Source: an uncultured virus (IMG/VR IMGVR_UViG_3300027996_000021) (Duplodnaviria > Heunggongvirae > Uroviricota > Caudoviricetes). Taken from it: a stretch of 64,000 bases of DNA. A program made the position numbers and the translations under genes. Shown in pieces: positions 38,319 through 48,101 of this stretch. The notes beneath the pieces were generated by a model, which saw only the letters and a program-made list of their open reading frames with translations, was not told the origin of the DNA and made no database searches. The stretch lies in the IMG/VR virus record IMGVR_UViG_3300027996_000021; one strand, 5' to 3'. Position 1 is the stretch's first letter; every line of letters starts with the position of its first letter.

Positions 38319-40499
38319 ATGCCGCTCAATTTAGCATCTCCTGGTATCGTAGTAAGAGAGGTTGATCTTACTTTAGGGAGAGTAGATCCCGTATCCGATA
38401 AAGTTGCTGCTGTGGTGGCACCTTTTGCACAGGGACCAGTAGAAGTTCCAACTCTTGTTGAGAACGAATCAGACCTACTTGCAAACTTTGGCAAGTCATA
38501 CGAAGTTGATAGACATTATGAGCATTGGTTGAATGCTTCATCATATCTAGCATATGGTGGCTCACTACGTGTAATCAGAGCAGACGATTCTGATTTGAAG
38601 AATGCTTTCTTTGGATCAACAACCACAGCACCCAAGATCAAGAGTGTTGATCACTACGAAGATCTTGGATATTCTGATAACACCATTTCTGGTGTAACCT
38701 TTGCTGCCAGAAACCCTGGATCCTGGGGTAATGGGATGAAGGTTGCCATCATTGATGGCCGTGCTGATCAGGTCATCACTGGAATCGCAACCACTGGAAT
38801 CTCAGTCGGTATGGGTGTCAGTCAGTCTGTTCTTGATGGAACTGTTGTTCCTGGAATCGGATCAACCGCACTTCTAGACGGATCTTTCAAAGGAGTTGTT
38901 TCTGGTGTAGGAACCAATTCTATTGATATTAAGTTTGTACAGCACGTTTCCTCTGCTGGAATCCTAACTCAAAAAGATTATCAAGAAAACGGCATCTATA
39001 GATTTGCCAATCCATCAGACAAAGATCTAGTTGTTTTTAACAACTCTGGTGTCGCTATCGCCACTGTCACTACTAACGCAACTCCAACTGATTGGTTCGA
39101 TGCTCAGAAGATTGAACTAACTGGTTCTGAACTATTCTGGAATCAACTTGCACCAAGACCTGGAACCTCAGAGTTTGCCGCAAATAGAAATTCTAGATTC
39201 GATGAAACTCATATCGTTGTTGTAGATGACGATGGAGACATCACTGGAAATCCTGGAACTATCCTTGAGAAGCATCTAAATCTTTCTAAAGCTAAAGACG
39301 CACTATTTGAAAGTGGTTCAATCTCTTACTATAGAGAGTTTGTAAGATCTGGTTCTGGTTACATTTATGCTGGCGGAGCTCCAGATGGAACTACTGCAAT
39401 TGACTTTAAGACTGGTTCTGCTGTTGGCAATGGATTTGTTAAGGTAACTGATATTGCCTGGGATCAAAACACTTCTGGCATTTCCTTCGCTGGATATGGA
39501 AATACTACAGCAACACTGTCATCTGGCGTAAACTATGATGGAAACTCTGGATTAACAACAACTGGAGCACTACAAGCATCAGTCGCAAATCTAAATGCTG
39601 GATACGAATTACTCAACAATCCAGATGAGTATTCGGTAGACTTTATTCTACAAGGATCTGGCAACTTCACTAAGGAAGAGACTCAAGCAATTGGTCAAAA
39701 GGCCATCGACATTGCCGAAAGAAGAAAGGATGCTATTGCATTCCTCTCACCACATAGAGCTGCCCTATTTAATGATAGTGCAACTGAAGCAGTTGTAAGA
39801 CCTGTTGATACAATTACCGATAACGTAATTGGTCACTTCTCACCAGTCACTTCAAGTTCCTTTGCGATCTTTGATAGTGGTTATAAGTACATGTATGATC
39901 GTTTTGCTGACAAGTTCAGATATATTCCCCTAAATGGTGACGTTGCTGGAACTTGTGCCAGAACAGATATTAACCAGTTCCCTTGGTTCTCACCCGCTGG
40001 AACTCAGAGAGGTTCAATTCTAAATGCAGTAAAACTTCCATATAATCCCAATAAGTCACAAAGAGATCGCCTCTATTCAAATAGAATCAATCCAGTAACA
40101 TTCATTCCTGGATCTGGTATTGTTCTATTCGGTGATAAGACTGGTCTTGCTAAGGCTTCCGCCTTCGATAGAATCAACGTTCGTAGATTGTTCCTCTATC
40201 TAGAGAAAGCAATTTCCGCAGTTGCTAGAGATCAACTCTTTGAGTTTAACGATGAAATCACTAGAACTAATTTTGTAAATGCGGTTGAACCTTTCCTACG
40301 TGAAGTTCAGTCCAACCGTGGTGTCCAGGATTTCGTAGTTGTTTGTGACCAGACAAACAACACATCTGCTGTAATTGATCGCAACGAATTCGTTGCGGAC
40401 ATCTTCATCAAACCAGCTCGCTCCATCAACTTCGTTGGCCTCACCTTTGTTGCTACCCGCACAGGTGTTTCCTTTGAAGAAGTCATCGGAAACGTTTAA
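38319..40499 (+). CDS. gp18: tail sheath protein gp18
   Basis: SPGIVVREVDL, PWFSPAG, FDRINVRRLF and IKPARSINF. Confidence 0.96.
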   Translation: MPLNLASPGIVVREVDLTLGRVDPVSDKVAAVVAPFAQGPVEVPTLVENESDLLANFGKSYEVDRHYEHWLNASSYLAYGGSLRVIRADDSDLKNAFFGSTTTAPKIKSVDHYEDLGYSDNTISGVTFAARNPGSWGNGMKVAIIDGRADQVITGIATTGISVGMGVSQSVLDGTVVPGIGSTALLDGSFKGVVSGVGTNSIDIKFVQHVSSAGILTQKDYQENGIYRFANPSDKDLVVFNNSGVAIATVTTNATPTDWFDAQKIELTGSELFWNQLAPRPGTSEFAANRNSRFDETHIVVVDDDGDITGNPGTILEKHLNLSKAKDALFESGSISYYREFVRSGSGYIYAGGAPDGTTAIDFKTGSAVGNGFVKVTDIAWDQNTSGISFAGYGNTTATLSSGVNYDGNSGLTTTGALQASVANLNAGYELLNNPDEYSVDFILQGSGNFTKEETQAIGQKAIDIAERRKDAIAFLSPHRAALFNDSATEAVVRPVDTITDNVIGHFSPVTSSSFAIFDSGYKYMYDRFADKFRYIPLNGDVAGTCARTDINQFPWFSPAGTQRGSILNAVKLPYNPNKSQRDRLYSNRINPVTFIPGSGIVLFGDKTGLAKASAFDRINVRRLFLYLEKAISAVARDQLFEFNDEITRTNFVNAVEPFLREVQSNRGVQDFVVVCDQTNNTSAVIDRNEFVADIFIKPARSINFVGLTFVATRTGVSFEEVIGNV

Positions 40500-40519
40500 T
40501 TTAGGAGTCTAAACCGAAA

Positions 40520-41110
40520 ATGGCATCGAAAAATCAACAAAACCCTCCTGCATTAAGGACTATCTCAGACTTCAAAAATAAACTGTCAGGAGGTGGCGCA
40601 AGGCCTAATCTATTTGAAGTTGTTCTTTCATTCCCAGGTGATCTGGGAATCGGAGAAAATGTTTTAACTGAATCAAGATTTCTAGTAAAAACAGCTGCTC
40701 TACCCGCATCTAACGTTGCACCTATTGACGTTGCTTTCCGTGGTCGTCTCCTCAAAATTGCAGGGGACAGAACCTTTGATACTTGGACAATCACTATCAT
40801 CAACGATACTGATTTCAGTATCAGAGGTGCTTTTGAAAGATGGATGAATAGCATCAATAATGTTGTGAATGCTACGGGTTCCACAAACCCAGCAGACTAT
40901 CAAGCTGATGCATTTGTATATCAATTAGATAGAGATGGTTCTGTACTAAGAAAGTATAAGTTCCACGATGTGTTCCCAACAAACATCAGTCAGATCGATC
41001 TTTCTTATGATTCTTCTGACACCATTGAAGAATTCACCGTTGAACTACAAGTTCAGTATTGGACAGCTGCTGGTGACAACGCTGGTGCTGGCGCAGGTGA
41101 CATTGCATAA
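40520..41110 (+). CDS. gp19: tail tube protein gp19
   Basis: GGARPNLFEV, FRGR-x-LKIAGDRTF and IEEFTV. Confidence 0.95.
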   Translation: MASKNQQNPPALRTISDFKNKLSGGGARPNLFEVVLSFPGDLGIGENVLTESRFLVKTAALPASNVAPIDVAFRGRLLKIAGDRTFDTWTITIINDTDFSIRGAFERWMNSINNVVNATGSTNPADYQADAFVYQLDRDGSVLRKYKFHDVFPTNISQIDLSYDSSDTIEEFTVELQVQYWTAAGDNAGAGAGDIA

Positions 41111-41115
41111 GTTTG

Positions 41116-41122
41116 ATAAATA
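41116..41122 (+). promoter_or_regulatory. late promoter ATAAATA
   Basis: Upstream of gp20. Confidence 0.7.
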
Positions 41123-41149
41123 AGGTTACTACAGTAGTTTCTTTATAAC

Positions 41150-42814
41150 ATGGCGAGACTTTTTGGATTCTCTATTGATGATAGCGAGAAAAAATCTAAA
41201 GGTATAGTATCCCCCGTTCCTCAAAATAATGAGGACGGGGTTGACCATTATATCGCTAGTAATTTTTATGGTCAATATCTTGACCTAGAAGGCGTATATA
41301 AATCGGAGTTTGAACTAGTAAAAAGATATCGTGAAATGGCTCTTCATCCTGAATCGGATGGTGCCATTGAAGATGTTGTAAATGAAGCTATTGTTAGTGA
41401 TTTAAATGACACTCCCGTTACTATTAATCTTGATAATCTGCCAGCTAGCGATGGTATTAAAAATAGAATTAGGGAAGAATTTAAAAATGTCAAAGATCTT
41501 CTAAACTTTGATGCAAAGTCACATGAGATCTTTAGAAACTGGTATGTTGATGGAAGACTTTATTACCATAAAGTAATTGACATCAAAAATCCACATGAAG
41601 GGATCAAAGAGCTAAGATATATTGATCCCCTCAAGATGAGATATGTTCGCGAAGAAAAGAAAAAGCAAGGAGAGGGTTCTGCAATCTTCAGGCAACCAAA
41701 TGGTTCAAGTGCAAATGATGTTGTTCAGTTTCCAGAAATTGAAGAATACTTCATGTATACACCAAAACCAACCTATGCTGGAGCTAGTGGTAGTCAGTAT
41801 TCTCCATCAAAGGGAGTAAAATTTACTAAAGATTCAATTACATATTGCACATCTGGATTAGTTGATAGAAATAAAGGTATAGTTCTATCATATCTTCATA
41901 AAGCAATTAAATCACTCAATCAACTTCGCATGATTGAGGATTCCCTAGTTATCTACAGACTATCAAGAGCTCCAGAACGTAGAATTTTCTATATTGATGT
42001 AGGCAATCTACCTAAGATCAAAGCTGAGCAATATCTTCGTGATGTAATGAATAGATATAGAAATAAACTTACCTATGATGCTTCTACTGGAGAAGTTCGT
42101 GATGATAAAAAATACATGTCTATGCTAGAAGATTTCTGGCTACCAAGACGTGAAGGTGGTAGAGGAACTGAAATCTCTACACTTCCTGGTGGTCAGAATC
42201 TTGGTGAACTAAATGATGTTCAGTATTTCCTGAAAAAACTATACAGATCACTAGGAGTTCCAGAATCAAGAATTGCAGCTGAAGGTGGATTCAATCTTGG
42301 CCGTTCTTCAGAGATCCTAAGAGATGAACTCAAGTTTTCTAAATTTGTTGGCCGTCTTAGAAAGCGTTTCAGCAACATGTTTATTGACATGCTGAAAACT
42401 CAATGTCTTCTTAAGAATATTTGCACCACTCAAGATTGGGCAATGCTTGAGGAGCACATCCAATTTGATTACATGTATGATAATCATTTTGCCGAACTTA
42501 AGGAGAAAGAACTTCTTGAAGGTAGATTGAGCCTTGCACAACTATCAGAACCATATCTTGGCAAGTATTATTCTGTTGAATATCTTCGCAGAAAAGTTCT
42601 TCGTCAGACAGATGAAGAGATCATTGAAATTGATAAGCAAATTCAAGATGAGATTGAAAAAGGAATTTTGCCAGATCCAAACGTTCCCACGGATGAATTT
42701 GGTAATCCAATTCAAGATCCTAACATGATGGGAGCAACACCAATGGATATGGATGTTGATGCAAGTTCAACTGAAACTACCGATCCAGTTGATCTAGAAG
42801 GTGGAAAAATCTAA
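41150..42814 (+). CDS. gp20: portal protein gp20
   Basis: RAPERRIFYIDVGN, EDFWLPRREGGRGTEI and ILRDELKF. Confidence 0.97.
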   Translation: MARLFGFSIDDSEKKSKGIVSPVPQNNEDGVDHYIASNFYGQYLDLEGVYKSEFELVKRYREMALHPESDGAIEDVVNEAIVSDLNDTPVTINLDNLPASDGIKNRIREEFKNVKDLLNFDAKSHEIFRNWYVDGRLYYHKVIDIKNPHEGIKELRYIDPLKMRYVREEKKKQGEGSAIFRQPNGSSANDVVQFPEIEEYFMYTPKPTYAGASGSQYSPSKGVKFTKDSITYCTSGLVDRNKGIVLSYLHKAIKSLNQLRMIEDSLVIYRLSRAPERRIFYIDVGNLPKIKAEQYLRDVMNRYRNKLTYDASTGEVRDDKKYMSMLEDFWLPRREGGRGTEISTLPGGQNLGELNDVQYFLKKLYRSLGVPESRIAAEGGFNLGRSSEILRDELKFSKFVGRLRKRFSNMFIDMLKTQCLLKNICTTQDWAMLEEHIQFDYMYDNHFAELKEKELLEGRLSLAQLSEPYLGKYYSVEYLRRKVLRQTDEEIIEIDKQIQDEIEKGILPDPNVPTDEFGNPIQDPNMMGATPMDMDVDASSTETTDPVDLEGGKI

Positions 42815-42851
42815 GAGAATAAATACTTTCTAGTTAGTTGATACCATTTTC

Positions 42852-43034
42852 ATGGAAAATATTATAGATTTGATTTTTTCGGATGCAAGTGCATCTGAAA
42901 TCAGTGATAGCATTAAAGACACGCTATACGCAAAATCTGCAGAAAAAATTGATACCCTTCGTCCATACGCTGCAGCTTCCTTATTTGGTGATGAATCTAT
43001 CGAAACTGCAACCGAAGAACCTGGAGAAGAGTAA
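42852..43034 (+). CDS. small acidic head-region protein
   Basis: Follows ATAAATA at 42819-42825; lies between gp20 and gp21. Confidence 0.75.
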   Translation: MENIIDLIFSDASASEISDSIKDTLYAKSAEKIDTLRPYAAASLFGDESIETATEEPGEE

Positions 43035-43303
43035 TGGCAAGAACTTTGCTATTGGCAGATGAAATTGCTCTGCCAACAACAACTGGAACAGCTACAAGTT
43101 TCGCCCAAGCTACTGTAGTTCGCCTTGCAAATCCAACAGCTAACGATCACGTTATTACTGTGGTTGAAACTCAAAGCGGAGCTGGTATTGGATCAATGAC
43201 ACTATTATCTAATACTGTTGAATATCTTGAAAAGTCACATGCACATTGTGTATTTTCAGACTCAGCTTTGGTTTTGGGTGCAAAAGTAGGATTTACCGTT
43301 TAA
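43034..43303 (+). CDS. hypothetical head-region protein
   Basis: Coupled ORF (TAATG overlap). Confidence 0.75.
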   Translation: MARTLLLADEIALPTTTGTATSFAQATVVRLANPTANDHVITVVETQSGAGIGSMTLLSNTVEYLEKSHAHCVFSDSALVLGAKVGFTV

Positions 43304-43307
43304 ACAA

Positions 43308-43958
43308 ATGAAACTGATTAGAGAAGAAATCGAACAAGTAGAGATTATCGTTGAACAACGCAACGGTAAAAAGAATCTCTACATTGAAGGAGTTTTCCTT
43401 CAGGGAAACATGCCCAATAGAAACAAGAGGATGTATGACTGCTCTCTCCTAGAAAGAGAAGTAGGACGATACAACGAAAACTTTGTATCTAAAGGCAGAG
43501 CTCTTGGAGAACTGGGGCATCCTGATGGCCCTTCTATCAATCTTGATCGAGTTTCCCATAAGATTGTTTCTCTTCACAGAGAAGGAAATAATTTTATTGG
43601 TAAGGCAAAAATTCTTTCTACCCCAATGGGTAAAATTGCCGAATCTCTTCTAAATGATGGTGTCAAACTTGGAGTTTCTTCTCGCGGAATTGGAACACTT
43701 TCTCCTACTAAAGAAGGATATAGTTTGGTTAATGATGACTTTGCTTTAGCAACTGCTGCTGATATTGTAGCGGATCCTTCCGCACCTGATGCTTTTGTTG
43801 ACGGTATTATGGAAGGTAGAGATTGGATTTGGGATGGAGGAATTCTCCGCGAAAAACTTGCAGAAAGAACCTACAAGCAAATCAACACTTTGGTAGATCA
43901 GAAAAAATTGGAAGAAAATAAAATTAATTTGTTTCAAAATTTTCTATCAAGTTTATAA
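43308..43958 (+). CDS. gp21: prohead protease gp21
   Basis: ALGELGHP, LGVSSRG and DIVADPSAPDA. Confidence 0.95.
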   Translation: MKLIREEIEQVEIIVEQRNGKKNLYIEGVFLQGNMPNRNKRMYDCSLLEREVGRYNENFVSKGRALGELGHPDGPSINLDRVSHKIVSLHREGNNFIGKAKILSTPMGKIAESLLNDGVKLGVSSRGIGTLSPTKEGYSLVNDDFALATAADIVADPSAPDAFVDGIMEGRDWIWDGGILREKLAERTYKQINTLVDQKKLEENKINLFQNFLSSL

Positions 43959-43960
43959 TT

Positions 43961-43968
43961 TATAAATA
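43961..43968 (+). promoter_or_regulatory. late promoter TATAAATA
   Basis: Exact consensus upstream of gp22. Confidence 0.8.
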
Positions 43969-44013
43969 AGTATAGTCAACTTACCAATATAGATTTACTT
44001 TCGGAGAGTCTAA

Positions 44014-44973
44014 ATGTCCGCTAATTTACAAGAAATGGATAACGTCGTGAGCAAAGGCGCAGCTGCTCCAGTACCAATGGTTGCTGGTGGCGCTCAAATC
44101 GAAGATCTCGGTGGTCCTACCCCAGAGAACTATCGTCCTGACGACGATTCCGCCAAACTAAAAGATCCCGCTGCATCTCTTGGTAGAGCACCTGTTCCTA
44201 CTGCTAAAAGTGCAACTAAAAAAGAAGAAGTCGAAGCAGTAGAGAATACCATCGAAGAGGTCAACGTCGAAGAAGATGTTGCCGCTCTATTCGCTGGTGA
44301 AGAACTCTCCGAAGAGTTCCAAGCAAAAGCAAAAACTGTTTTTGAAGCTGCCCTTCACATGCGTGTTGAGCAAGTCAAAGCACAAGTCGAAGAGCAATCA
44401 CAAGCAGCTCTTGCAGAAGAACTAGAAGGCATGAAGTCCGAAATAGTTGAAAGAGTCGATTCCTACCTTGAGTATGTTTCTCAAGAATGGATCGAAGAAA
44501 ATTCACTTCAGATCGAGCACGGTTTGAAGTCTGAGATGACCGAATCATTCCTACATGGAATGAAGAGTCTTTTTGAAGATCATTATGTATCAATCCCTGA
44601 AGATAAATATGATGTTGTTGAGAATATGGTAGAAAAACTTGATGACATGGAGACCAAGCTCAACGAACAAATCGAGAGAAATATCCAACTGAATCGCAGA
44701 CTTGGAGATACTACTGCTGAAGGAATCTTCGCATCAGTTTCCGAAGGTCTAGCACTTACTCAGAAGGAGAAACTCGCTTCTCTAGCAGAAGGTGTTGAGT
44801 TTGAGGGTGAAGAATCTTACCGTGATAAGTTAGCGACTCTAAGGGAATCATACTTCCCCGCTGATAAAAAAGGTGAAACTACCGAAACCCTTTCTGAAGG
44901 TGTAGACGCTGCTGGCCCAGATTTTACTGGTTCAATGTCTCGCTATCTAGAAACACTTTCAAGAATTAAGTGA
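44014..44973 (+). CDS. gp22: prohead scaffold protein gp22
   Basis: LSEEFQAKAKTVFEAA, VDSYLEYV and LRESYF; acidic coiled coil. Confidence 0.93.
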   Translation: MSANLQEMDNVVSKGAAAPVPMVAGGAQIEDLGGPTPENYRPDDDSAKLKDPAASLGRAPVPTAKSATKKEEVEAVENTIEEVNVEEDVAALFAGEELSEEFQAKAKTVFEAALHMRVEQVKAQVEEQSQAALAEELEGMKSEIVERVDSYLEYVSQEWIEENSLQIEHGLKSEMTESFLHGMKSLFEDHYVSIPEDKYDVVENMVEKLDDMETKLNEQIERNIQLNRRLGDTTAEGIFASVSEGLALTQKEKLASLAEGVEFEGEESYRDKLATLRESYFPADKKGETTETLSEGVDAAGPDFTGSMSRYLETLSRIK

Positions 44974-45021
44974 TCGTTAACCTAAATTATTTTCATAAAA
45001 CCTTAAACTTACTCAAGTAAA

Positions 45022-46440
45022 ATGTATAACAATCCCCAACTCCTAGAGAAGTGGGCTCCCCTTCTAGATTATGAAGGTTGCGACTCCATCAAGGATACTC
45101 ACAGACGTGCAGTAACCGCCCAACTTCTAGAAAACCAAGAGCGTTTCCTCAACGAAGAGCGTTCTTTCTCTGAAGGTTATGACCTCCAGGAACAACCCAC
45201 CAACTCTTTCTCCACTGGTGGTGGTGCATACTACCGTGGTTCTGGTGGTACTGACAGTGGTTCACCCACTGGTGGTTTCGATCCCGTACTAATCAGCCTC
45301 ATCCGTCGCTCCATGCCCAACTTGGTCGCTTATGACCTCGCTGGTGTGCAGCCCATGAACGGACCTACTGGACTCATCTTCGCGATGCGCTCCAAGTACA
45401 AGGGCATGGACGGTCAGGAAGCACTATTCAACGAAGCAGATACTGCTTTCTCTGCACAGAACTCTGGTAACAGTGCAACTCAGGGCGACTACACTGGCGG
45501 CGCTGACAGCAATGGCACCGTTGGTTTCGGTACTACCCTACAGCGTGGTTCCAATCCTGGTGTTCTTGATCCTAATGCTGCTCCTAGCACCTACAGCGTA
45601 GGTCAGGGTATGGCAGTTACCGACTCTGAAGCCCTAGGCGAGAGCGGAACTGACTTCAACCAGATGGCATTCTCAATCGAGAAAGTCACCGTAACCGCTA
45701 AGTCCAGAGCACTCAAGGCTGAGTACTCCTTGGAACTTGCACAAGACCTTAAGGCAATTCATGGTCTAAACGCCGAGGCTGAACTCGCCAACATTCTCTC
45801 TACTGAGATTATGGCTGAGATCAACCGCGAAGTTATCAGAACCATCTATAAGTCTGCTGAGGCTGGTGCTCAACTCAACACCGCTACCGCTGGTCAGTTC
45901 GACCTAGACATCGACAGCAACGGTCGCTGGAGCGTTGAGAAGTTCAAGGGTCTACTATTCCAGATCGAGCGCGATGCTAACCAGATCGCTCAGAGAACTC
46001 GTCGTGGAAAGGGTAACATCATCCTAACTTCTGCTGATGTTGCTTCTGCTCTAACCATGGCTGGTGTACTTGATTACACCCCCGCCCTCAACGCTAACCT
46101 TAACGTTGATGACACTGGCAACACCTTTGCTGGTACTATCAATGGTAAGTATCGCGTATACATCGATCCCTACGCTTCCAACAATACTGCACTCCAGTAT
46201 TACGTTGTTGGTTATAAAGGTTCTTCACCTTATGACGCTGGTCTATTCTACTGCCCATACGTTCCTCTTCAGATGGTTCGTGCAGTTGGACAAGACACCT
46301 TCCAACCCAAGATTGGATTTAAGACTCGCTACGGCATGGTCGCTAATCCTTTCTCCGAAGGTACTGATGCTGCAGTTGGTGCTGTCAAGGCTGGCACCAA
46401 CCGTTACTACAGAAGAGTTTCTGTGAAGAATCTAATGTGA
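45022..46440 (+). CDS. gp23: major capsid protein gp23
   Basis: LLEKWAPLL, GVQPMNGPTGLIFAMR, SRALKAEYS and FQPKIGFKTRYG. Confidence 0.98.
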   Translation: MYNNPQLLEKWAPLLDYEGCDSIKDTHRRAVTAQLLENQERFLNEERSFSEGYDLQEQPTNSFSTGGGAYYRGSGGTDSGSPTGGFDPVLISLIRRSMPNLVAYDLAGVQPMNGPTGLIFAMRSKYKGMDGQEALFNEADTAFSAQNSGNSATQGDYTGGADSNGTVGFGTTLQRGSNPGVLDPNAAPSTYSVGQGMAVTDSEALGESGTDFNQMAFSIEKVTVTAKSRALKAEYSLELAQDLKAIHGLNAEAELANILSTEIMAEINREVIRTIYKSAEAGAQLNTATAGQFDLDIDSNGRWSVEKFKGLLFQIERDANQIAQRTRRGKGNIILTSADVASALTMAGVLDYTPALNANLNVDDTGNTFAGTINGKYRVYIDPYASNNTALQYYVVGYKGSSPYDAGLFYCPYVPLQMVRAVGQDTFQPKIGFKTRYGMVANPFSEGTDAAVGAVKAGTNRYYRRVSVKNLM

Positions 46441-46466
46441 TTCAAACGAGACATACTGTCTCTTCT

Positions 46467-46494
46467 AGACCCCTCTCAGAGGGGTCTTTTTTTA
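46467..46494 (+). terminator. intrinsic terminator after gp23
   Basis: AGACCCCTCT-C-AGAGGGGTCT followed by a T run. Confidence 0.85.
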
Positions 46495-46640
46495 TGTCTA
46501 GGTATAAATTAGTAGGCAATAATTTTCATTGCATAAAGTTAGTTAAGTTAGCATATGCTGACTATATACTACAGCATTAGGAAGAAAAATATGATCTGAA
46601 AGTTCAAATATATTATGCCAGTTAAAACGGAGCTTGAAAA

Positions 46641-46814
46641 ATGCACAGTCTACTATCCAGATCTCAATTTGATGAATGGAGACACCTCGAACAAACAGTA
46701 ACTGACGTAGAAACGGAGGATCAAAAAATTAATGATTATTATGAATGTTTAATTGAATGTGATGTTGATGGCAAACGTGAATGTAAAAGAATATGTAAGG
46801 AAATTCTTATGTGA
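46641..46814 (+). CDS. small Cys-rich protein (57 aa; C-x3-C-x7-C-x3-C)
   Basis: Translated by hand: MHSLLSRSQFDEW...YYECLIECDVDGKRECKRICKEILM; GGAG upstream; flanked by terminators. Confidence 0.75.
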   Translation: MHSLLSRSQFDEWRHLEQTVTDVETEDQKINDYYECLIECDVDGKRECKRICKEILM

Positions 46815-46838
46815 TATGAGAAATTTACAGTAAAGAAC

Positions 46839-46866
46839 AGGGACTCCTTCGGGGGTCCTTTTTTTT
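46839..46866 (+). terminator. intrinsic terminator
   Basis: GGGACTCC-TTCG-GGGGTCCT followed by a T run (UUCG loop). Confidence 0.85.
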
Positions 46867-46884
46867 ATCTAAATAAAAATAAAA

Positions 46885-47433
46885 ATGGCGTCCCCATATC
46901 AAAAACAAATTCAGAATAGGAACTTTTTAAGCCCTACTGGATTTGAGTTTACGATTAATAAAAACCCAAAAATAAATTTCTTTTGTCAGACGGCAAACAT
47001 TCCAGAAATTTCATTGGGGACGGCCATTCAACCAACATATCTAAAAAATCTTGATGTTCCTGGTGATAAACTGCAATATTCAGATTTCACTATGTCATTT
47101 CTTGTTGATGAAGATTTTGAAAATTACATGGCCGTACATAACTGGTTGACTGGGTTGGGATTTCCAAAAACACCACAACAGTTTGAGGATCTAACTACAA
47201 ATTCTGAAGGCATTGCTGATGAATATCAGGAGCAATTTTCAGATGGAACTCTTATTGTACTAAGTAGTAATCTCAGACCAAATTTTAAGATTAATTTTAG
47301 AGACTTGTTTCCAGTGAGTTTAACTGGATTGGACTTTGATAGTAAACTTCAAAGTGAAGAGTTCTTTACAGCACAGGCTGTTTTCAAGTATAGTATATAC
47401 GAAGTATCTAATTTGTTCGGAACTAATTTATGA
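46885..47433 (+). CDS. gp3: tail completion/tube terminator gp3
   Basis: NFLSPTGF, ANIPEISLG, FLVDEDFENY and FPVSL; CTAAATA late promoter at 46869-46875. Confidence 0.85.
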   Translation: MASPYQKQIQNRNFLSPTGFEFTINKNPKINFFCQTANIPEISLGTAIQPTYLKNLDVPGDKLQYSDFTMSFLVDEDFENYMAVHNWLTGLGFPKTPQQFEDLTTNSEGIADEYQEQFSDGTLIVLSSNLRPNFKINFRDLFPVSLTGLDFDSKLQSEEFFTAQAVFKYSIYEVSNLFGTNL

Positions 47434-47858
47434 ATCTTGAGGACATCCAGAAGATGTGGACTCGTGATTCTGTAATTGATCGAGATGATCTAGCAACAGA
47501 ATCGCTGAAAACTTCACAACTTCATGCAAAATATTATGAACTTTACAACACAACTTTATTACTAAGAGAAAGAGCTAAAGAGACTTACGATATGGTATAT
47601 CTTGAGCGTTACAACTACTACACTGGAAAGGCGGATCCAGAGGTTTACGAGGAAGAACCATTTCCGTATAGGGTAAGAGAGAAAGACGCCATACAGAGGC
47701 ATATGAGTGCCGATGAGAGACTTTCTAAAGTAGACCTCAAGATCAAATACTATGACACGATGCTTCGCTTTTTGGAAGAAATTATCAAATCACTTTCAAA
47801 CCGTAACTATGCAATCAAAAACGCAATCGATTGGATGAAGTTTCAGGCAGGTATGTAA
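47430..47858 (+). CDS. uvsY: recombination mediator UvsY
   Basis: LHAKY...YYTGKA...IKNAIDWMKF; synteny. Confidence 0.88.
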   Translation: MNLEDIQKMWTRDSVIDRDDLATESLKTSQLHAKYYELYNTTLLLRERAKETYDMVYLERYNYYTGKADPEVYEEEPFPYRVREKDAIQRHMSADERLSKVDLKIKYYDTMLRFLEEIIKSLSNRNYAIKNAIDWMKFQAGM

Positions 47859-48076
47859 TGAGTAATTATGAGAGAGATCCCTGGATAGATGATGAAAATG
47901 TTCCATATGTGGAACTAGAACTTGATATTGTGGATTTATATACAGTTTACAAATCAGTCTGTTTTCATCTAGAAAAGTGGCCAGGAGGTATTGCAGAAGA
48001 GCAGGAAAGATTGATTGCTCTGAAAAACTTCTTCTATCGTATTGTTTTAGAATATAAGTATAAAATTGACGACTAA
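47858..48076 (+). CDS. hypothetical protein (72 aa)
   Basis: TAATG-coupled start at 47858; LEKWPGG-x3-EQE motif. Confidence 0.7.
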   Translation: MSNYERDPWIDDENVPYVELELDIVDLYTVYKSVCFHLEKWPGGIAEEQERLIALKNFFYRIVLEYKYKIDD

Positions 48077-48101
48077 ATATTTTAGGTGAATCCTTTAATA
48101 T

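Noticed and set aside
33531..38319. Auxiliary metabolic gene island (petE, ptoX, zwf, gnd) in the g15-g18 interval
   Set aside because: None present; besides gp16 and gp17 only the 532-aa and 74-aa ORFs occur
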